Source: Candidatus Eiseniibacteriota bacterium
GTDB lineage: Bacteria > Eisenbacteria > RBG-16-71-46
Direction of reading: 5' to 3'
Length of the DNA stretch: 12,208 nt
Assembly: GCA_044222065.1 (NCBI GenBank)
Contig: JBGAOA010000093.1
Span: 1 to 12,208 of the forward strand
The position numbers were made by a program, and so were the translations under genes. Numbering within the stretch: the stretch's first letter is position 1; every line of letters starts with the position of its first letter. Below are positions 7,541 through 12,208 of this stretch, in pieces. The notes under the pieces are model-generated. The model did no database searches. It was given only the letters and a program-made list of their open reading frames with translations, and was not told the origin of the DNA.

Positions 7541-7615
7541 GGGTCTGGGGGGCCGATGACAGGCTTCCCGCCCATCAGGCCGATGTTCTTCGCATCTCGG
7601 CGCCCCCCAGCGCCC
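7541..7615 (+). promoter_or_regulatory. Putative structured 5' leader (multi-stem)
   Basis: CTGGGGGG (7545-7552) pairs with CCCCCCAG (7603-7610), and CCGA can pair with TCGG. The enclosed region has two GATG...CATC stems, and GGCCGATG occurs twice (7551, 7578). Confidence 0.35.
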
Positions 7616-7644
7616 GCTCGTCGCTCCCTATCCTGGAGGTGCTT

Positions 7645-8373
7645 GTGAAGCAGTTGCGACTCGTTGCATCGCTCGCGGCCGTCGTGTGTATGGGCTGGGC
7701 CGTCTATGCCATCGCTTGTCCCGGTGAAAAGACCAGCGCCGCGTCCTCCAGCAAGAGCGCGTGCTCGGCGAAGGGCACTTCGGCCACGACCGCTGCCATG
7801 AACGGCGGCGCGTGCTGCGCGGCCGGCGCCTCCGCCACCACCGCCGCGATGAAGAGCGGCTCGTGCCCGGCCAAGGGCACCTCCGCCTCGATGGCGTCCG
7901 CCGATGGTTCGTGCTCGGCGCACGGTTCGAAGGGCGCGATGAGCGCGGCCGGCTCGGGCTGCTGCGCCGGCGGCGCCGGTGCGAAGACCGCGATGAACGG
8001 CTGCGAGGCGTGCGACGAGATCTCGATGTGCGGCCACTCGATGTCGAACGTGTCGGCGTCGGTGAACGTCGTGCGCATCAAGAACGGCCTCATGTACGTC
8101 TACACCGCCGACGCCCCGGCCCGCGTCCAGACGGTCCAGGCCGAACTCGGCCGCCGCAACGAGCACGTCGCGGCGATCATGGCGGGCGGCGACAAGTCGC
8201 GCCTCTGCCCCGAGTGCAAGGAGCTGCGCGGCGCGCTCGCGAGCGGCAAGCTCACGCGCGAGCTCGTGAACGTCGAGGGCGGCTGCCTGCTGCTCGTGAC
8301 GTCCACGGACAAGACGGTCGTGAACAAGCTCCACTCGATCGGCGGCCTCAAGGACAAGCTCGCGAAGAGCTGA
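7645..8373 (+). CDS. Exported Cys/Met-rich repeat protein (242 aa), possible metal-binding protein
   Basis: GGAGG at 7635-7639, then GTG 7645 in frame with ORF 6547..8373. Signal peptide MKQLRLVASLAAVVCMGWAVYAIA. It has 15 Cys, about five 15-17-aa repeats, CEAC and CPEC motifs, and strong GC3 codon bias. Confidence 0.85.
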   Translation: MKQLRLVASLAAVVCMGWAVYAIACPGEKTSAASSSKSACSAKGTSATTAAMNGGACCAAGASATTAAMKSGSCPAKGTSASMASADGSCSAHGSKGAMSAAGSGCCAGGAGAKTAMNGCEACDEISMCGHSMSNVSASVNVVRIKNGLMYVYTADAPARVQTVQAELGRRNEHVAAIMAGGDKSRLCPECKELRGALASGKLTRELVNVEGGCLLLVTSTDKTVVNKLHSIGGLKDKLAKS

Positions 8374-8384
8374 GTCCGAGGCGC

Positions 8385-8428
8385 TCGACGTGACGGGCCG
8401 GTCCACGCGGACCGGCCCGTCGCGTTGA
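8385..8428 (+). terminator. Long hairpin after the Cys-rich gene
   Basis: TCGACGTGACGGGCCGGTCC-ACGC-GGACCGGCCCGTCGCGTTGA gives 13 perfect bp, or 20 bp with two G-U pairs on the plus strand. No U-tract. Confidence 0.6.
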
Positions 8429-8468
8429 TGCCGGGACCGCCGCGCCGTCCGCGCGGGCCCCGCGGCGA

Positions 8469-8497
8469 TTGCCGCCCTTCACCCCGGAGACTAGGCT
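8469..8497 (+). promoter_or_regulatory. Sigma70-type promoter of the histidine kinase
   Basis: TTGCCG (8469-8474)-N17-TAGGCT (8492-8497), 9 nt before ATG 8507. Confidence 0.55.
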
Positions 8498-8506
8498 GCC
8501 GTGTCC

Positions 8507-10096
8507 ATGGTGTCCGCATTCCGCAGACGCGTACTCGCCGCGGTCGCGCTCGGCGTGGCGCTGCCCTCCCTCGTGCTGGCGGCGCTCGGTGTCATGCTGA
8601 CGCTGCGCATCGAGCGCTCGCTGCTGAACGACGCCGTGCGCTACAACAGCTACCTCGCGCAGCTCGTCGGCGAGTCGTTCGAGAACGAGCTGCAGGCGCA
8701 CCTCCAGCAGGAGATCCAGGGCGCCGAGAGCACCGCGCGCGCGGGACTCCCCGTGGAGGACGTGCGGCGCGCGCTCGCGGACGCCGGCCCCGAGTTCCTC
8801 GGCTCTCACTTCGTGCCGTTCGAGGATATCGGCGACTACGCGACCTGGCCGATCCAGGGCTCGGTCGTGTTCTACGCGGAAGGCGCCGGCCGACATCGCG
8901 CGCATGAGTTCTACGGGCTGCTGCTGCGCGATGCGCGCGGCGACCTGCTCGGCGTCGGCGGCTGGTACGTGGACCGCGCGGCGTTCCTGCGCGACCACTT
9001 CGAGCACGTGCTGCAGGACCGGCTGCCCGCGAATCCGCGCATGTACGGCGGCATCGAGCTGACGCGGCGCACGAGCATCGAGCTGCTCGGCCCCGGCAAC
9101 GAGCGCGTCGCGCGCGTGCGCGAGCCGGGCGACCAGCGCACGGCGCGCACCGAGGCGATGGTCGGCCCGTTCGAGGGCTTCTCGGTGAAGGTCGCCGTGA
9201 CGCCCGATGCGCCGCCCGCGTGGACCGGCCGCTTCCTCGCCTTCGAGCTCGTGTTCATCGTCGGCATGGCCGGCGTGATCGTGGCGGCCGTGTGGTTCGG
9301 CTACCGCTACACGATCCGCCAGCTCGAGCTCGCGCAGATGAAGGCCGGCTTCATCGGGAACGTCACGCACGAACTCAAGACGCCGATCGCGATGGTGCGG
9401 CTCGCCGTCGAGACGCTGCAGATGCGGCGCGTCCAGTCGCCCGAGGACTCCGCCAAGTTCCTCGGCATCATCGAGCGCGAGACGAGCCGGCTGACGCGCC
9501 TCGTCGAGAGCATCCTCGACTTCGCCCGCCTCGAGGCCGGTCAGGCGACGTTCCGCTTCGAGAAGGTCGAGGTCGAGCCGCTCGTTCGGGAGGCGGTCGA
9601 GACGCTCAAGCCGCGTCTCGACCAGCTCGGCTTCGCCGTGCGGGTGGACGTCGCCCCGGGCCTGCCGCGGGTGCGCGCCGACGCGCAGGCGGTGTCCCAC
9701 TGCCTGCTGAACCTGCTCGACAACGCGATCAAGTACTCGAAGGACCGCCGCGAAATCGCCGTGTCGGCCTCGCCGCGGGACGGCGGCGTCGCGCTCGCCG
9801 TGGCCGACCGCGGGATCGGCATTGCGCCCGCCGACCGGAAGCGTATTTTTGAGAAGTTCGTTCGGATCGAGAACGGTCTCGTGCACGACGTGCGCGGGGC
9901 CGGACTCGGGCTGTCGCTGGTGGATCAGATCATCCGCGCCCATCGCGGGCGCGTGGAAGTGAGCAGCACCCCGGGCGAGGGCAGCACGTTCACGCTCGTG
10001 CTGCCGTCGGCGGAAGGCGTGCTCGCCGAGGCCGAGGCCGCGCGCGACCGTTCGCAGCATGCGGGCGGTGCGCACGGCGGCGCCGCGGCGGGATAG
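8507..10096 (+). CDS. Membrane sensor histidine kinase (HisKA + HATPase_c)
   Basis: Two TM helices flank an extracytoplasmic domain of about 200 aa. H-box NVTHELKTP, N-box NLLDNAIKYS, G1 DRGIGI, F-box IFEKF, G2 GAGLGL. Alternative start GTG 8501. Confidence 0.95.
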   Translation: MVSAFRRRVLAAVALGVALPSLVLAALGVMLTLRIERSLLNDAVRYNSYLAQLVGESFENELQAHLQQEIQGAESTARAGLPVEDVRRALADAGPEFLGSHFVPFEDIGDYATWPIQGSVVFYAEGAGRHRAHEFYGLLLRDARGDLLGVGGWYVDRAAFLRDHFEHVLQDRLPANPRMYGGIELTRRTSIELLGPGNERVARVREPGDQRTARTEAMVGPFEGFSVKVAVTPDAPPAWTGRFLAFELVFIVGMAGVIVAAVWFGYRYTIRQLELAQMKAGFIGNVTHELKTPIAMVRLAVETLQMRRVQSPEDSAKFLGIIERETSRLTRLVESILDFARLEAGQATFRFEKVEVEPLVREAVETLKPRLDQLGFAVRVDVAPGLPRVRADAQAVSHCLLNLLDNAIKYSKDRREIAVSASPRDGGVALAVADRGIGIAPADRKRIFEKFVRIENGLVHDVRGAGLGLSLVDQIIRAHRGRVEVSSTPGEGSTFTLVLPSAEGVLAEAEAARDRSQHAGGAHGGAAAG

Positions 10097-10236
10097 GTTC
10101 AGGCTGAGAAGACCGAGTGCAGGGCGCGAGCGAGCACGACCCACGCGATGCGTGGGTTCCCCGGAGGCGTATCGTCAGATACTCCGCAGCGAGGAGCGAG
10201 CGAGCAACGCAGCAATCGGGCTTCGCAGACTGAACC
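10096..10236. mobile_element. 141-bp MITE-like / palindromic repeat element with terminal inverted repeats
   Basis: Left end GGTTCAGGCTGAGAAGACCGA vs reverse complement of right end GGTTCAGTCTGCGAAGCCCGA matches 18/21. It contains internal hairpins and an 11-bp direct repeat, and has no credible ORF. Confidence 0.6.
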
Positions 10237-10280
10237 CGGCCGACCGCACCGGTTCCTGACCACAACCCAAGGACCCCGAC

Positions 10281-10994
10281 ATGTCGAAGAAGATCCTGAT
10301 CGTCGAGGACGAAGAGGGGATGCTCGAAACCCTCGAACACAACTTCAAGTTCGAGGGCTACGAAGTGCTGACGGCGAAGACCGGGCAGGAAGGTCTGCGC
10401 ATGGCGCTCAAGCAGAAGCCCGACTGCGTCCTGCTCGACGTGATGCTGCCCGAGAAGGACGGCTTCACGGTGCTGAAGGAGCTGCGCCAGCGCCACAAGG
10501 ACATCCCGGTGCTGGTGATGACGGCGCGGAACTTCGAGGCCGACGTGCTCAAGGGCTTCGACCTCGGCGCGGACGACTACGTCACGAAGCCGTTCGGCGT
10601 GAAGGAGCTGATGGCGCGCGTAAAGCGCCTCGTCGCGCGCGGCGCGTCGGGCGCGCCGGCGCCGGGGCCGACGATTTACAAGTTCGGCGACGTCGAGGTG
10701 CGCTTCGAGCCGCGCGAGGTCTACAAGAGCGCGAAGGAAGTGGCGCTGTCGTTCAAGGAATTCGAGCTGCTGAAGTACCTGATCGAGCACCGCGGCCGCA
10801 CCGTGAGCCGCGAGGAACTGCTCGAGGAGATCTGGGGCGTCGACGAGGAACTGGGCGTCACGACCCGCACGGTGGACACGCACGTCTCGAACCTGCGCTC
10901 GAAGCTCGGCGCGGGCTTCGAGCAGCCGTTCATCGTCGCGGTGCACAAGGTGGGCTACAAGTTCGTCGAACCGCCGGGTTCGTCGGCGAACTGA
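10281..10994 (+). CDS. OmpR/PhoB-family response regulator (237 aa)
   Basis: AAGGA RBS. Receiver motifs ILIVEDE, LLDVMLP, MTA and DDYVTKPF; winged-helix motifs EFELLKYL and TRTVDTHVSNLRSKL. Confidence 0.96.
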   Translation: MSKKILIVEDEEGMLETLEHNFKFEGYEVLTAKTGQEGLRMALKQKPDCVLLDVMLPEKDGFTVLKELRQRHKDIPVLVMTARNFEADVLKGFDLGADDYVTKPFGVKELMARVKRLVARGASGAPAPGPTIYKFGDVEVRFEPREVYKSAKEVALSFKEFELLKYLIEHRGRTVSREELLEEIWGVDEELGVTTRTVDTHVSNLRSKLGAGFEQPFIVAVHKVGYKFVEPPGSSAN

Positions 10995-11014
10995 GCGGCG
11001 CAACGCGAAAGCGA

Positions 11015-11048
11015 ACGGCCCCGGAGCGATCGTTCGCTCCGGGGCCGT
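11015..11048. terminator. Bidirectional terminator-like hairpin between convergent genes
   Basis: ACGGCCCCGGAGCGA-TCGT-TCGCTCCGGGGCCGT is a perfect 15-bp stem, with short interrupted T runs downstream on both strands. Confidence 0.75.
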
Positions 11049-11069
11049 CGTGTTGAGGCGCGGCGCGCT

Positions 11070-12086
11070 TCAGGTCGTCGGTTCGGCGTGTCCGGCCGTT
11101 CCGTCCATCACCTCGAGGAACCGCCCGGCTCCATCCGGCGCGATCAGGATCAGCGTCGCGCGCCGCCGGATGCCGTAGGGGCCGCGCACCTCGATCGGCT
11201 CGCGCGTCTCGATCGCGACCGTCGGCGCGTCGCTCTTCATCGCGAGCGCGCGCGCGACGCCGTCCTTGCGCTCGAGGTCGGCCGCGGTCGGCGCGGACAC
11301 GCGCGCGATCGCGGCGCGCGGGATCGCCGCGCTCGCGCGCAGCCCCACGGCCAGGTCGATCGTCTCGTCCGTGACGCGCGTGCGGCGCACGGCGAACGCG
11401 CGGGCGTCGCCAGCGAGCCACACGATGCCGTACGCGGAGAGCGCCGTGAGCAGCCACGCGAGCGACGGGCGCGATCGCCACAGCACGAGGTGCACGGGCA
11501 CCGCCTCGAACAGCATCACGAGCACGATCCCGACGACGAACGTGCCGTACGTGCCCGAGCGGTGATGGCTGAACGCGCCGGGCGACTCCGCGGCCTTCCA
11601 GCGCCAGCCGAAGAGCGCGCCCGCGACGATCGCGAGTTCGTACGCGACGGCGCGCGCGAGCGACGGCACGGCGACGACGCCCGCGACGATGCGCTCGATG
11701 CGCTCGTACGGATCCCCGCCGCCCGTGCCGCGGTGACGGGACACGCTCCAGACGATCCACGCGACGAGCGCGATCTCGGCCGGGATCGCCGCCTCGCGCA
11801 CGACGCGCAGCGCCGCGCCCTCGCGGCCGCCGACGACCGCGGCGGCGCCGGCGAGGCTCGCGAGCACGACCGGCACGAGCGTGCGCTTCGCGACGCCGCG
11901 GCCGCGCACGACGAACCACAGGTACAGGAGCGGCACCACGAGCACGAGATCCGCGACGAGTCCCCACGTGACGAGCGGTGCGTTCTCGGCGGTGCGCAGG
12001 CGCGGGACGATCGTGAGTGCGACCGAGTAGATCGCGAGCGCCGCGAGCGGGAAGGACCACACGGGGAACCGCGCCGCGCGGGTCAC
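11070..12086 (-). CDS. Polytopic membrane protein of unknown function (338 aa)
   Basis: About 7-8 hydrophobic segments followed by a soluble beta-rich C-terminus. The GTG start overlaps the upstream stop (GTGA, 12083-12086). Confidence 0.8.
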   Translation of the reverse strand: MTRAARFPVWSFPLAALAIYSVALTIVPRLRTAENAPLVTWGLVADLVLVVPLLYLWFVVRGRGVAKRTLVPVVLASLAGAAAVVGGREGAALRVVREAAIPAEIALVAWIVWSVSRHRGTGGGDPYERIERIVAGVVAVPSLARAVAYELAIVAGALFGWRWKAAESPGAFSHHRSGTYGTFVVGIVLVMLFEAVPVHLVLWRSRPSLAWLLTALSAYGIVWLAGDARAFAVRRTRVTDETIDLAVGLRASAAIPRAAIARVSAPTAADLERKDGVARALAMKSDAPTVAIETREPIEVRGPYGIRRRATLILIAPDGAGRFLEVMDGTAGHAEPTT

Positions 12087-12208
12087 GCGACGCCTGCGTC
12101 TTCCGGCGGCTCGCCGCCCGCCACGTAGTCCGCGGCCGCGCGCGCGAGCCGCGCGAACTCCTCGAGCGTCAGCGACTCGCCGCGGCGCTGCATCGCGATG
12201 TTGGCGTG
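12083..12208 (-). CDS. rsmA: 3' end of probable 16S rRNA adenine dimethyltransferase RsmA/KsgA (partial)
   Basis: My translation is HANIAMQRRGESLTLEEFARLARAAADYVAGGEPPEDAGVA*. RRGESLTLEEFARLA matches the KsgA C-terminal R(A/G)ExLxxxxFxxL motif. Only 41 aa are visible. Confidence 0.75.
   Translation of the reverse strand, partial: HANIAMQRRGESLTLEEFARLARAAADYVAGGEPPEDAGVA

Noticed and set aside
7551..7600. Fluoride riboswitch (GGCGAUG-like start)
   Set aside because: The resemblance is only superficial. The pseudoknot complement is absent and no crcB/eriC-type gene follows.
6547..7644. N-terminal extension of the 608-aa ORF
   Set aside because: It is antisense to the deacetylase-like gene. 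The RBS and signal peptide point to GTG 7645.
7645..7719. Lipoprotein signal at AIAC
   Set aside because: Ala at -3 is a poor lipobox, and AIA fits signal peptidase I better. Not fully excluded.
7759..8001. Repeats of about 50 nt as a CRISPR array or RiPP precursor cores
   Set aside because: The repeats are degenerate, in frame and coding, with no repeat-spacer pattern. No cas or modification enzymes are nearby, and a globular domain follows.
1558..12128. Long antisense or alternate-frame ORFs (1558..3222+, 2975..3991+, 4028..6175+, 8348..10144-, 9990..11003-, 11088..12128+ and others)
   Set aside because: They are Arg/Ala-rich shadow ORFs fully overlapping genes with recognisable motifs, as expected at this GC content.

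Overview
High-GC bacterial window with about 10 genes. Lineage is probably Candidatus Eisenbacteria or a related FCB group; this is inferred only from the C-terminal TWGxVKALYR tails and the GC content. The minus strand carries two tandem paralogous secreted Cys-rich proteins that both end in TWGSVKALYR (the upstream copy is broken by an internal deletion/frameshift), a DUF2330 gene paired with a stand-alone NqrB/RnfD-like membrane protein, a glycogen-debranching-enzyme-like protein and a divergent polysaccharide deacetylase (YibQ-like) protein. The last two both appear to have lost conserved catalytic motifs. The plus strand carries an exported Cys/Met-rich repeat protein behind a possibly structured leader, then a sensor kinase and an OmpR-type regulator separated by a 141-bp element with terminal inverted repeats. 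The window ends with a convergent membrane protein coupled to the 3' end of probable rsmA/ksgA. Several genes look leaderless. No CRISPR array, tRNA, rRNA or transposase was seen. All family calls come from motif recognition by eye, not database searches.
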